Made by a program: the position numbers and the translations under genes. Below are positions 29,384 to 44,750 of a stretch of DNA of 64,000 nucleotides, in pieces; positions within the stretch are counted from its first letter, which is position 1, and every line of letters starts with the position of its first letter. The stretch lies in the NCBI RefSeq assembly GCF_009914755.1, contig NC_060945.1. The stretch is one strand, 5' to 3'. Below the pieces are notes generated by a model. It had not been told where the DNA came from, did not search any database, and was given only the letters and a program-made list of their open reading frames with translations. Source of the stretch: the human T2T-CHM13v2.0 reference genome, Homo sapiens.

Positions 29384-32300
29384 AATTCTTAAAAATTTTA
29401 AACTCAACATTTTATGTACCATATGAGTGAAATGAGACCCAATATTTTTGACAATAGGGATAAATATTTGTTTGAAAGTAATGGGAATAGTTTTAGAGAT
29501 ATTTTCTAACTATTTTCTGTGATATTTTTTAACGGTTCCACCGTTGGTGTTACTATACTCAAATTTAAGATCTTTTCCTCTGCTAGGATAACACAAACAT
29601 TGCTAATACAAAATTGTAAGATTTTTAAATTTTTCTTTTATTATGGAAAAAAGATTAAGTTATTTAGAAGTTCTTAAGTCACCAATCGAATATATTTATA
29701 AGCTTCTATTGAGTGTATCATCCAAGAGCTAATGAATATATTTATTACATTGACTATATTGATAAACAGTCTGGGGTTGTCATCTGGATATTTTTCACAC
29801 TTGCTAGTAAGCAACTGCTTTAATAAAATAAATAACATGAAAGTAGTATATTACAATGTGGTTTGCAAAGCCGTTTCACATATACATATACACATTAACA
29901 TTGAGAGGGAGAGGATATCACAGTCTTCCACCCCAGACAGTAAAATAATTAGTATCCTGTAGCTAAGAAAGACTGAGCTATGACCTGCACTGAAATTATT
30001 TTTCTACTGTAAATCTGTCATCTTTTATTGCAACAAACTACATCTCTGTAAATAATGGAACTTCATACAACAGATCCGTGGTGAACTAGTGGCTTAATAT
30101 ATCTCTCAAAATATTTTTTAAACAAAATATATTTTTTATTTGTATCTATAATGCTACAAAATTCTCATATGATCTGGAAATTTTCAACCATATATGATAA
30201 ATGATTTATTTATCATTTAACACATTTTCTTGGAGGTTGTGTATTAAATACATTTTAGCCCCTAAAAATGGTAATATCACTTTCTAATTTTTTTGTTTGT
30301 TTTAAATAATCAGTTCAAAGTTGGCCAAGGTCAATGATTCTTAAATCCTATTATTATTTTTTGACAACTATACAATGCCTGATATTGATTCCATTCCTGA
30401 TATCAGCTGGCAGTAAGCTTCCCTCTCAGATGAAGTGATAGATGGCCTGTTCATAATTCATACATGCAGTGGACACTACAAAATTCCACTGCTAGGCTTC
30501 TCCTTAATTAGACGTATTTGCATCTAATAGGAAGAGAAGACTAACTTTCCACCATGCTTTGTCCCTGTAATTGTATTCTAGGTATTAAAAACATTTTTAA
30601 ACATGCGCAGTGTCTGAAGACCTGAATTAACAAACTCATGTGGACATTTGAAAATGTGTACCTGTTTGTCCTACTACTATGCTACATATGTTTGGTTTTG
30701 TAAAAATATGGGTGAATTCATAGTATTGTTCTTTTTCACTCTGAATGTCACCTTGTATCTATTGGTTTTTACTGACCCATGAAAATGGCTGGAGTTAGTC
30801 TGATCTCACCATGTAGAAAGGTCAGGTTCATGGCTTGGATTTGAGAACAGCAGAATGAATCAACTTTGAGGAAGAAGCTGATTTAAAAAAAAAGAAAATG
30901 TCTATTTACATTGAGCTTATAAGAAATAGGTAGAGATCAAGAAGAAAACAAGTATGGAATTACTTCAGGATATTTTAAAAGCACTTCCATTTAGGTATCC
31001 TTGACTAAATCTGTCAACTTTGTATCCATTTTCTCATGAAGAAAGTGTTGAACTTTTCACTAGAAGTACTTTTTTTTATTCCTCAGTTAAAACATGCCTG
31101 TTATTCTTTTTGTAATACTTAAGCAATTTTATTTTAAAGATATACTACTTAGTTCATCCGTCTCCACTTGTTTTTTTTTTTTTTTTGCAATTATGTGTTT
31201 GTTTCCTTTAATACAACTGCTATAAAAGCAATCATGTTCATGGAGAAATAAGTATAATTCATAAAACTAGCATGCCTTGCAGAGATACAAGTAAAAATAT
31301 AGTTGTGTGTGTGTGTTTATTTACTGAGATGAATTTAATTCCTGGAGATTATTTTAAGCTTTGGAAATGATCTCTGGAGTAAAGAATAATATATTTCACT
31401 TTTTTATTAATAATAATTTTTATTTTGAAACATTGATATTTATAATCTGAAAATCCTATTTATTTGTTTGTTTGATATATACCAAGAAACAGTACATTGA
31501 TAGGTGATCATTTTTTTCACTGTATTTATTTATTTTTGGTAAGAGAAAGTAAATTGATATTTAATTATGAAATAACTAAATATGTTTTTCTTTTGTCTAG
31601 ACTAATTGTGAAGTGATAAAGTACATTTCTTACCAAATATAACATTTTAATGCATAGAACTTACTATCTATAATAGCTATCTTACAGTCATGATAGTTAT
31701 TAAGGTAATTTATCAATAAGCCTTCTTTTGGACAGAAGGGATACATCTAATTTTTAAAAATTTCTCTTTGTCTTTTACTAAGAAAGCCTCATTTATAGAA
31801 AACCAAATGAGAATTCTGGTCATCATGGACCCTAAGAGCTCTCAAATCCACTAAGAAAATTGCCATATGTGAAATATTCTCTTGCCCAGTTAGAACTATT
31901 CATTCATTGTAGGCTCTGATACCCATTTGATAAGAAATAACATTCTGATGCATGGCTAATTTGAATCATATTTAAAAATTAAGTAAAATTTGAGCCATAA
32001 AGGATTAAAGAGATGTAGATTATCTCATTTTGTAGCAGGAGATTTTTAAAATTTGATTACAAAGAAAACCAAATACTCCTATAATAGGAAATGTTACAAA
32101 ATTAACTGAGAATCGTTTTTACCCTATTTTGTTATTCTAGTCTCTGACTGGCGTGAAAAAGCTACTAGTTAAATGATTCAGGAAAGAATAAGATAAACAA
32201 AGGGCATACACTGTCCATACACCGTAGTAGTTCCTAACTTCTCTCTGGAATAATTAAAATCAATTTACAGTCAGAGCAGTTAACCAGCTCTCAGTAGTCT

Positions 32301-32639
32301 TCCATGTAATGAATACACTTCTGTACCCTTATTAAAACACGATTTGTCAGTGCTTCTGTCCTCATGAAAATTATAGCTTGGTTGAGAATATTAAACAGAA
32401 ATGAACCAACATGAGAAAAATGGAAAATAGGCTAAATTAGTTTAACTAAGCAGCTAGATTTTCTTTATCATGTGCCAATCATGGGCAAAAATTGAAGCCA
32501 GCACAAATCTCTCTGAATGGCTTTCTAGGGAAAACACATTTTTAATTACCACATGAGCCTGTTGGAAGGTAACCGAATTCAACAAAACCATTAATTGATA
32601 TTTTATTTGAAACCTTTCCTGATAATGCTTCTAGCATCT

Positions 32640-32730
32640 ATCACCCTATTCCTATTTCTCTTGAAGAACAGAACATAGCATATAATAGGTGCTCAACAAA
32701 TATATGTTAAATGAATACATGAATGAAAAA
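32640..32730 (+). mobile_element. L2 3' terminus
   Basis: gcatataataggtgctcaacaaatatatgttaaatgaat. Confidence 0.7.
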
Positions 32731-33809
32731 CCCTAATAAAGTGAATATTTGTATCTCTAACTGAGTTTCTCTTTCTCAATACGGCTCATTTCCTCAAATG
32801 CTAAAAGATTCTTAAAGCTCCTTCTGGGTCGCTTATCTTTCAATGATTTAGTTACTTTACAAAGAAATAACATCTAATTAAATCTTAAGCATCCAGAGAA
32901 ATCACTTTATCATTTTGTAATAATATCAGTCAATGAACATGACAGTTTCTGAAGATATATGTGTGGTAACTCGTGATCATTGTGCTTATATCTGGTCCAC
33001 AAGGGAATGAAGATTGTTACCAAGGATGTAATAATTTAGTGTGCAATACAATTTAAAAATAGATTAAAAACTGAGATGTAAAAATGGCACTCAGCCTGTT
33101 TTTGGTTTCTTTGTGTTGTATTATAGTCTCATATTTTGTTTTCAAAAGGTAATTGTCTGTCAATGTGTTTAGTCATTTCTTTGGGCATTTTTTGAACATG
33201 GTACATATAGACCATATCTTCATAAAACCAACAACTTTTATTTTTGCCATTTATAAATTCAAGTGTACTCATAATGTATATATTTGTATTCAGTTATTCA
33301 GAAACCTTAGTATTTAATGAAGATGTACAGAGAAATGGCATAATCAATAATGAATTGGTATAGCACCTATGTTGGAGCATCTTTTATTTAGTGCAGTAAA
33401 ATGGAGCAGATGATTTCTATTCCTAAAAGTATTTCCCCACTTGATTTAATGGTAAATCCTCCAGATCATAGTATTACTATTCTAGCATTCATGTCTGCTG
33501 CCTTTAGCTTTCTGTGTGAAAACTTCTCATCAGGAAATTTCTTAACTAATCACCAGGAAGATTTAATCAAAATCAGTTTAGTTACTAACTAATGTAAGCT
33601 TAGGGGAAAGAGAGAAGGGAAGTGTATAACGATTGAATTATTTGACTACATATTGTTAACACAGATATAAAAATCCATGACTTCTCTCCCTTCCTCCTCC
33701 ACTAAAAAAAGAAATTGAAGATAGTTGGGAACAAATAGTTGTTAACAGCAAAAATTAAAAAGAATACTAGCAGCTACCACTGCCTCTAGAGAGTGTACTG
33801 GGTTCTAGT

Positions 33810-33995
33810 AGACAAGTAGAGCTTTTTTAAAAGAACTGATGCTGGAGACGGTAACACCAATTCAAACCTCACCTCTACCACTAACCAGTTATCAAATCTT
33901 GACGTTTTTTTCTTACCTTTCTTTTTTATCTGTAAATTGGTAATAATAACAAACTTGATTTCATAGTATTTGTTAAACAATCAAAAATTAATAAT
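33810..33995 (+). mobile_element. MIR fragment
   Basis: ttcaaacctcacctctaccactaaccag...atctgtaaattggtaataataac. Confidence 0.65.
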
Positions 33996-36099
33996 GTCTC
34001 TTCCAATTAAATGAAGATGTATACAATTTAATCCAGATTTAGGAGTGAACATGAATGAAATGGGAAAAGAAGCATGTTCCTTTGAGATGTTACACTTTTT
34101 TAGTATAACATCATTGAAAAAAGCATCAAAGTATTCAACATGTTGCCATTATGAAGGTAAAAACAGAAAACAGAGTGGCAAGTTTCTGAGAGTATTAAAA
34201 AGTAGTAAATGTTGACTGCTTCATGTTTCTTTAAATCATCATTAACTGGAGGGTATGCCAGCCATATCTTCCATGAATATTTTCTTTTGAAACATTTCTT
34301 CAAGGAACCTTAAGTACATTAATTAAACTAGGGCAAAACTTCAAAAGACCTACTTCACTTTTCTTTGTGCAAGTTCACATAAGAAAAAGCAATTAATTTA
34401 AAATCCAAGTTTCATGTATTCCCAGCTTTCCAGTTGGGAGAAGATGAAATATACATCCTCAACTCTCCTATTTCTTTCTGAACTCAATCTTCTCATTCTC
34501 TTTTTTCTTTTTTTCTGGCATAATGGGTTATTTTGATTACTATTAAAAGGCTGAATGGTGTTGACAATTATCTTCTTTTTACTTCTGATGCTAATTCCAT
34601 TGTTCAGTAAATTAAGGGAAAGGAATACCAGATGAAACTTGGTATGATTTTTAAAGTCTGGAAAAGAAATCAATATTTAGCTTAATTATTGTCTTTTATG
34701 TACAGGTCTGAGTATTTACATTTGGAACAATCCTTGAGCTTAATTCTGCTGTTTAGACATGAAATAGAGTTCCAAAATCAAGTTAACCTATTTCTCATTA
34801 AGATGTATTAGTTTCAGTGTATCTTGCCCTGCTAAAAACAATCTTTTTTAATGCTCTATGTTTTGATCTATTTAATTTTTTTAAAAAAAACATAATAGTA
34901 GTTTCCAGTATGGAAAATCTGGTTGTCTCTAATTCAGTCTCTTTATACTAAGTCCAGTAGATCCATTTTAAGAGCAGGATAGACCTTTTTAAGGTGAATA
35001 TCTTTCAGAGGGGAACACAGTGTCTGATGTATGCTGATCTAAATCTAAGAAGTTTTTTCCAATCTGAGATCTCTTGCCTTACAGATACTGAAAGCATCAG
35101 TGTTTCTCTTTTCTAAAATTTTCACACAAATTTCAGTCCTGATGGTGTGATTTTTTTTTCTTTTGCCTTCAAGAGCTAACACAAGACATAAATCAGAAAC
35201 AAATTAACTGAAAGGAAAACTCAAAAAAAAAAAAGAAAAGAAAAAAGAGGATGCTTTACGAAGGGAGATGATTTGATGGTGGGTGAAACTGTAGACTAGG
35301 TTAATGCAACCAGGTTAAAGAAACTAGAGGGTTGAAGTACAATAAAGGGTGTCCAGAATTCTTAAATGCAGTAAAACAAACAAACATGTAGCAGAGGGGC
35401 CTTGTCTAGGGTATGGATGTTTTTCGATTTAAACAAAAAGGAGGAAAAATAACCAAATGATCTAGCAATTCCTTAGAACGTCTGTATACTATCTATCCAA
35501 TGTAATAATTAATCCAAATCATCTGTCACTATGCACTGCCACTCCATTCTGATAACAACCCTCTAACCATGTCTCACCAGGAAATAACATTTTTATTCAT
35601 ACAAGTTGCAGGTTATTTTCAAGACAGACTTCCTCTGTGCTGTTCATCATGCATACCTTAGCTAAAGTATTGTAGCTAGAATATAGCAGCAATTTTCCAA
35701 CCGATCTTCGAGTCTTTATTCCTTCAGGTATGTTGTGTGTACTCTTTCCATTTGCCTAAATTTTCTCTCAAAAATTAAGATCACATCTCACATTTTCTAG
35801 GAATCTTTTATGACTTTGTTGCTTTGATGTCCATGTCCCAACTGCACAGGTAAAGGTTCATCATAGCCTTACCTAAACCCTCTTTCTGGTCTTATTTCTC
35901 TGATGGTTATTTCCACAGTTAGAGCTGCAGGAAGCCACTTCTTTCTTTAACACATCATATCAACTTCCATCTATTTTAGTTCATGCTGCTTCTGCTATAA
36001 AAACTCTTACTGCTCTTTGTCTTTACCTAAAATAATTCCACTTCTGATTTTTATTAACTATATCAGTTTGGGCAACATATTAAATTGCTTCGTGCCTCA

Positions 36100-36364
36100 C
36101 TATGAAACTCTTTGGTTCCAGATGTATTTAGAATAGTTTGAATTTTAGAAAAGTTAGAGTGGTTATGCTATACATTATGTAACATCCCCAGCAAGGTCTT
36201 GGGTGGCCAAGGACATTAATATGTATGAATAATAACATTAAAGTCAGTAAATAGATAGTATAAGTAGTTTTTGCTTTAATGTTAATTGATTCCAAACTTG
36301 AAAAGTCTTTCATGTTTAGAAATTATTGTGATTTGGAATTTCAGAATCCAAAAGGAGCCATGTA
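36100..36364 (+). mobile_element. MER46C-like Tigger MITE nested in a MIR remnant
   Basis: ttccagatgtatttagaa...tatgtaacatccccagcaaggtcttggg...gatttggaatt. Confidence 0.7.
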
Positions 36365-36431
36365 TCTCTAGTGCCAATCTCACAGACTTGAGGTAAAGAT
36401 TAAGTGAGGCGACACATTTAAAGAACTTGCA

Positions 36432-36740
<309 letters not shown>

Positions 36741-37695
36741 AAGAATTTGCGAATGGTCAACAATCATTATCTGTAACTGTTATTATCACCATCACCTGTC
36801 TGGTGTTTCATTTAAAAACCTTGTCGCCTGCAAAAATTCCTTCTAGCCAATCAGAATTTATTATACAATTCTTATAAGAACATTACAGATGTTACTTTTT
36901 GCCTGTTTGTGTGATTCGTTTTTTATATGTTTGTTTTTACCTACCCCAAACTTTAAAATATTTGATAGCAATAGTAGTTTATGTTTTCAAATCCACATCA
37001 CATTCCAAGCTGCATTCCATAGCATCTCTATCTCTTCCCTCTGGATTTGTCCTCCACTTCCAGTGAAAAAAACCAGTAATATTTTGGCTTTGTAGAAAAA
37101 CTTATTTTTATTCAGAGAAATTGTGACTTCCTCCATTTTGCCTCTTACGGACAGGAACTTGTCATTAATGTGCAGTAGAGGCAAACATTCCTTCTTGGAA
37201 CAGGATCTCTGCTTCTGGCTGATAAGCTAGGTGCTGCTAGAATGTAAATGCCTTCTAACTTGGGTAATAGTTCTTAGTACCTTTCATAAAGTCCTCTCTT
37301 ATTTCAGATAAAATTTGAAGGAACTGTCACAGATATTTAAAATTATCAAATAAATTATACCAGAAAAACTGCTTAAATTTTAATAAAGTTTGTTTTTAGT
37401 TGAGAGTGTAAAATATGACATTTTATTTTCTTAATAAGTTTATGTGGACTTAAACTATGAAGGTCTAAGTTTTTTGTTTTCCTCATGTGTATAGACCTCC
37501 AAAATTCTTTGAAATTTTAATTTGGGAGAGTAAAAAATTTGTTCAGGAGAGTAATTTGGTTCAGAGTATTAAAAAAACAAAGGTAAATTTAGAACTTTTG
37601 TGGTTAACATAAACAAAAATCCCTTGATTCATTGGATTTATAATAACGAAGAGAAAATTGAAAATTAGTTAGGTTGTTTGGAGTTAGGAAGGTAG

Positions 37696-38049
<354 letters not shown>

Positions 38050-39017
38050 TAACCTTTATTTTATTAATATTTGTTTCTTCCCCAAAACTTGCATGATGAG
38101 TATCATTAACTGATAATACTAAATTGATCTTGGAAGGACTTTCTGTGAGGAAACATTACTTAGTGTTGCCTATAGGTATTTATAAGCACCTATAATAGCT
38201 CAATTGAAATGTTGCAGAAAAATTCTGAAAGACCTTTACGAGGTGTATGGAAATGAGTGAAGAATAAAGTTGAGAGAGAAAACTGATGGCATTCTGAAAG
38301 GGAAACACATTGTATGGAATTTAGTGGGTTGTTTGTTTTCTTAACCTGGCTTATTGAATAAGCTGAACTTTCCCAGCCTCCATCCTTTAAAATATGAACA
38401 CCACAAATAACAGGAAAGATAATAGCATTGGTTTCCAAGAAGAGCTCTACATGTAAGCCATGCATTGGGTCTCTAAGGCCAGTAACCATAGCTTTTGAAA
38501 TTTCAGGAATTCTCTTTAGAGTCACCATCTTCAACCTTAAAAATATGAATTTAAAGACTGAAAAGAATAAGAAACTCTTTAGTTACCATAACACAGAAAT
38601 TCTGTTGTGATTTTAGTTGTATGTTTATTTTTTAAGAGTTCAAATTAAAAAAGACAAAATTCCCATCATTTCAATAACATTTTTCTCATGGTTATTTACT
38701 CTATAAAGAAGTTATTGACTAAAGTATTTCAATGCTAATAACTGCAACTCTAACATGATAAGTATGTATTATTTGAACTCACTATGCAATTGTAATCCAG
38801 AATAATGCATTTTAAAATTTCTAAAAATCAAATGAGTCTGCTTGTAAAATATTTTTGCTGGCAGCCTTTATAGAATATTGAAAATAATAGATTTAAAGTG
38901 AATATTCTGATTAATAATAGATGTCAAACTTGCCAAGAAAAGTCAGTAGAGGATACAGTTTTTGAAATCTTATGTTTACAGAAAGATAAAATGAATAAAA
39001 CAGGAAAACAAGCCTTA

Positions 39018-39410
<393 letters not shown>

Positions 39411-39874
39411 TTATTGGGGAAAAATAGTGTTCTTCAGATATCATATTTGCTTCAAGCAAAAAAATAACTTCAGTTAGAGCTAGCTGGAATAATGACAGAT
39501 TTCTAGATTATGGTCAAAATAATGCCATTACCTTGTACCTGATTGCTGCATGTAATTTTTGAAAACAATACAAATTGTTTTACCTGACCTTTTGGGTATC
39601 AAAGCCTTCTCCTATCTAAATGCAATGATGATATTAGGTAAATGCAGAATAATTCTGAAGTTATGTTTTAGACTTAAAACTGTATGTATTTAGAAGCATG
39701 ACCAATTTCATCTTTAGTAAAGCAATACCTGAAAAGGGGGGTTTTAGTATTTTAAACATTGTCATTTGAGCTTAGAAGTAACATTTTTTCCTTCTCTTAT
39801 TTATTTATGTATTTATTTATTTATCCTTTATAGGTCTTATTCAATACCAAGAATTCCTCAGGATGTCCATTTTT

Positions 39875-40202
39875 TTGTTTTGTTTTGTTTCTTATTATCT
39901 TTGTTTTTTTTTTTTTTTGAGATGGAGTCTCACTGTGTTGCCCAGGCTGGAATGTAGTGGCACAATCTTGGCTCACTGCAACCTCCACCTCCCTGAGGTT
40001 CAAGTGATTCTCCTGCCTCAGCCTCCCAAGCAGCTGAGATTACAGGCACTTGCTGCTGCACCCAGCTGATTTTTGTATTTTTAGTAGAGACATGGTTTCA
40101 CCATGCTGCCCAGGCTGGTCTTGAACTCCTGACCTCAAGTGATCTACCTGCCTTGGCCTCCCAAAGTGCTGGGATTACAGGCATGAGCCACCGCACCCGT
40201 CC
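39875..40202 (-). mobile_element. AluS (Sz-like)
   Basis: gacctcaagtgatc; TSD aggatgtccattttt / aggatgttcgttttt. Confidence 0.95.
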
Positions 40203-40679
40203 AGGATGTTCGTTTTTAAATAAGTCACCACAGCTTCATATTTAAAAAAAATCTTTAATTAAATTTCAAATCTTGAGCTGAATTTAGTATAATATTAAAC
40301 ATAGTTTAGTAATTACATATCATTTATTGTTGATAGTTTTGCATATGAATCTATGTATAGCTCATTTAAAAAATGGCTTTAGCATGAAGTATAAACAGTT
40401 GAACAAATAAATGAGAAAAATGCTTGCTTAGAAGGAATGGAAATTGGGTCAGCACAGCCTTGCCTTTGCCCAAGCGGTGGAGTTGAGAAAGTATTTTGTC
40501 TACACAAAAGCCAGACAGCTACTCTAATGCCCAGTGAATTCTGACAGTATGTTACAGTTTAATGTGATGAATGATGTAAGGACCCGCCTAAAATGCTCAC
40601 GCAGCTTCCCAATGTCTTACCCTGACCTACAAACCAGCTCATAGGTCTCCATGCATGTGTTGTAGAAAGTGATGTAGAT

Positions 40680-41008
<329 letters not shown>

Positions 41009-41389
41009 TTAGTTGAGGATATATATAGGGAGAAGTTACTTCAAAAATGTTATTTTTTATAAAAGTCTTTTTGACTGTGTTTCTCACCCACTTAAACACC
41101 TCCAGGGTAGAGACTGTTTCTTATTTATATATATTCAGTCTTGTATATAGAGGATCCTTTCCTCATGAATGTTTATAGAATAAAGTTAGACATTAGAAAC
41201 AAGAATGAGCCTTTTGCTTCTTGTTGCCTGCAGGGCTAAGGCGAAGCTCATGGAATAAGTCTAGGATGTTTGTTTTTATATGAACTGTGGTGTAATAGAA
41301 AGAGAGCAAGAAAGAACAGCAGTAAGTAGGACAAGAATTAGAAGCTGATAAGTTAGTCCTTCTACTTTAGCTTAGCATTTAAAGCCCAT

Positions 41390-41780
41390 CCCACTATTCT
41401 TCAGCATATGATTCAGTTGATGTGAAACTCTCACTGGCTTTTCATAGCTCTATACATTTGCACATACTGTTCTATATGCATAAAAATTCTTTTATTCCTT
41501 TTTCACCTGAAAAAAAATATCTGCTGATCCTTTAATACTCTGACACCTCATTTGAAAAAGCTTGCTTTACTCCTCCAGGCAGAGTTGATTGTTCCTGTCT
41601 GAGATGTTACCTATCTGTATCATAGTGCTTTTCACTTTGACTTACAAGTATTCATTTACATACATGTCTGCTCTCAGGCTAAATTTTCAGCTCCTCACAG
41701 CCGGGACTATTTCTTGTTCATTTCTGTATTCCAACCATCTTTTATTATGCCTTTCACAGTTGGCATTCTATGAAAGGCTG
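41390..41780 (+). mobile_element. L2 3' fragment
   Basis: tttgcacatactgttc...ctccaggcagagtt...agctcctcacagccgggactatttcttgttcatttctgtattcc. Confidence 0.75.
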
Positions 41781-42608
41781 GTTAATCTTTCTAAGCATTA
41801 AACCAGCCTTTTGGAAAAATAATGTAATATATTTACAGAGAAATGATATATGATGGCGAACAGTAGTTTATGCTCTCTGTTGCCTTGTATTTCTCCACAA
41901 AAGTAAATAACAATGACAAAAACACAATATCAAATTTAGAAATGAAACAAGATTTGTTTGAAAGCATTTATTTGAATAACTTAAATGAAATAGTCAGAGC
42001 AGTATAAATAGCATACTACAAGAAAATAAAGTCATAAAGAAATTTTCAAAACTCTCTGCCAGCTTTTCATAGACAATAGAAAATTAGAATAGAAAAAAAT
42101 CATTATAGGACATCCTATTCAATTACATCATGAATGGACATTGAATAAATAAATGGATGACTGAAGCCTAGAGGCTAGAAATAACATCCTAAAGTCACAT
42201 TTGTTAGCATCTGTGCTAGGATTAGAACCCAGATCCCAATGCCAAGTCAAAAGTAAAATCCTCACTTTTAAAGTGCTGTGTCTTTTTTAACTTTTATTTT
42301 CATGTAATAATTATAGACCTACAGAAAAAGTTGTGCAAATAACATAGAGAGTTTACATATGTCCTTCACCTAGTTTCCCCTAATGGTAACAATGTACATA
42401 ACTATAGCATAATTATCAAAACCAGAAATTAATATAAAATTCAGGATTCCACATTGCCTTTTTTTGTTGGGTCTCCATCTTCTCACTATGTTGTAGTTTC
42501 TCAGTCTTTGGCTTTTATGACATTGACACTTTTGATGAGTACTGATCAGTTATTTTGTAGAATGTCCCTCAATTTGGGTTTGTCTGATGTTTTCTCATGA
42601 GTACTTTG

Positions 42609-43355
42609 TTGTTGTTTTCTTTTATTATTATACTTTAAGTTCTAGGGTACATGTCACAACGTGCAGGTTTGTTACATATGTATACATGTGCCATGTTGGT
42701 GTGCTGCACCCATTAACTCATCATTTAGCATTAGGTATATCTCCTAATGCTATCCATCGCCCCTCCCCCCACCCCACAACAGGCCCCAGTGTGTGATGTT
42801 CCCCTTCCTGTGTCCAAGTGTTCTCATTGTTCAATTCCCACCTATGAGTGAGAACTTGTGGTGTTTGGCTTTTTGTCCTTGCAATAGTTTGCTGAGAATG
42901 ATGGTTTCCAGCTTCATCCATGTCCCTACAAAGGACATGAACTCATCATTTTTTATGGCTGCATAGTATTCCATGGTGTGTATATACCACATTTTCTTAA
43001 TCCAGTCTATCATTGATGGACATTTGTGTTGGTTCCAAGTCTTTGCTATTGTGAATAGTGCTGCAATAAACATACGTGTGCATGTGTCTTGATAGCAGCA
43101 TGATTTATAATCTTTTGGGTATATACCCAGTAATGGGATGGCTGGGTCAAATGGTATTTCTAGTTCTAGATCCTTGAGGAATCGCCACACTGTCTTCCGC
43201 AATGGTTGAACTAGTTTACAGTCCCACCAACAAGTGTAAAAGTGTTCCTATTTCTCCACATCCTCTCCAGCACCTGTTGTTTCCTGACTTTTTAATGATG
43301 GCCATTCTAACTGGTGTGAGATGGTATCTCATTGTGGTTTTGATTTGCATTTCTC
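42609..43355 (-). mobile_element. 5'-truncated L1PA (PA3-like), ~750 bp
   Basis: L1 3'UTR plus ORF2 C-terminus (ORF 42831-43202); flanking direct repeat tttctcatgagtactttg at 42591-42608 and 43350-43367. Confidence 0.96.
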
Positions 43356-44750
43356 ATGAGTACTTTGAAGTTATGCATTTGGGAAAGAATAACTGCTATG
43401 CCCGACTCAGTGCGTCCTGTCAGCAGGTACATGTTTTCAACACATCTAATTACTGAAGATGTTAACCTTCAGCACTTGAGTGAGGTGGTTCCTGTCGGGT
43501 TTTTTCCATGTAAGGTTACTATTTCTTCCTTCATAATTAATATATTTGCAGGAAATAGTCTGTTTTTCTTCCATCTTTCACCTACTAATTTTAACATTAA
43601 TGGTAGATCTTGTCTGTAACAATTATTAATCTTGTGTTTGCTTTATGTGATTTTGTTATGTTCTTCATTCCTTCTACATTTATTAATTGGGATTCTTTTA
43701 AAGGAGGTGGTTCTTCTCCCCCATTTGTTTGGTTATTTAATTATATAATTTACATCAGTGTGGACACATAGCTGTTTATTTATTTTAGGGGTTATAATCC
43801 CTAAATAGTATCATTATGTATTTTGTTGTCAAATTATTTCAGCTTCTGCCATTGAGAATGCTTTTCAGGCCGGTTTCAATATCCATTCAACATGTCCCCC
43901 ATTTTTTCTAGCACTTTCTTACTCCTTGCCATCACAAGATATTCCAGATTCATTTTGTATTTTTCCTGCCCAGTCTTCTCTGATTTTATTCTAATGGGAT
44001 AGATTAATTCTAGTCTTCTGCCTTTCCTTGTTTCTAATTTTTTTCAAACAATGAAAAATTAAGCTCTCATTATCTACAATATGTTTACTTATTTGTTCAA
44101 TCCCGGTACACACATCAAGTAGTTACAAAGTTGCTAAACCTTGTCTCTGTAAAAACAGATCGACTGATCATAGTAATGTAATAGAGTACAGTATATTCAA
44201 AATATTTTTACTAAGTGCTAATATATTTAAAGTAATAGTTTGTTATTTTCTTCCCACCCCATTCAGTGTGGTGATGTCATTCATTTATAATATAGCTAGC
44301 TTCATTTTTTACTATTTGTATTCCACTCCATGTCCACCTGATATCCTGGTTTATTTTGATTTTTTTAAGTTTTGGGGGGATATGTGAAAATCACTATGGT
44401 TCTAAGATGCAAAACTATTTTTTAGAAGTGACACCCAGAAAGGTGTTGTTCCCTGTAGCTCCTTCCCTCCGTGTTCCCATTACACCCTTTTCCCTACTCA
44501 TTTCTCTTCCACTCCCTGCAGCTTCTGGGCTTTCCTTCCTGTATTTCTTTTGCACAAAGGAGAAGATACATATTTATTTTCTTATATTCCTTTCTTTCTT
44601 ACACGAAAGGTAGCTACAGTAGATACTCATTTACAATTTGCTTTCTTCAATTAAGAGATTATCCTGGAAACCACTCCAAATCAGTTCATAGAGACCTTCC
44701 TTTCTTTTTTACAACTGCAGATTACCCTGTTGTGTTGATTTAACATAACA

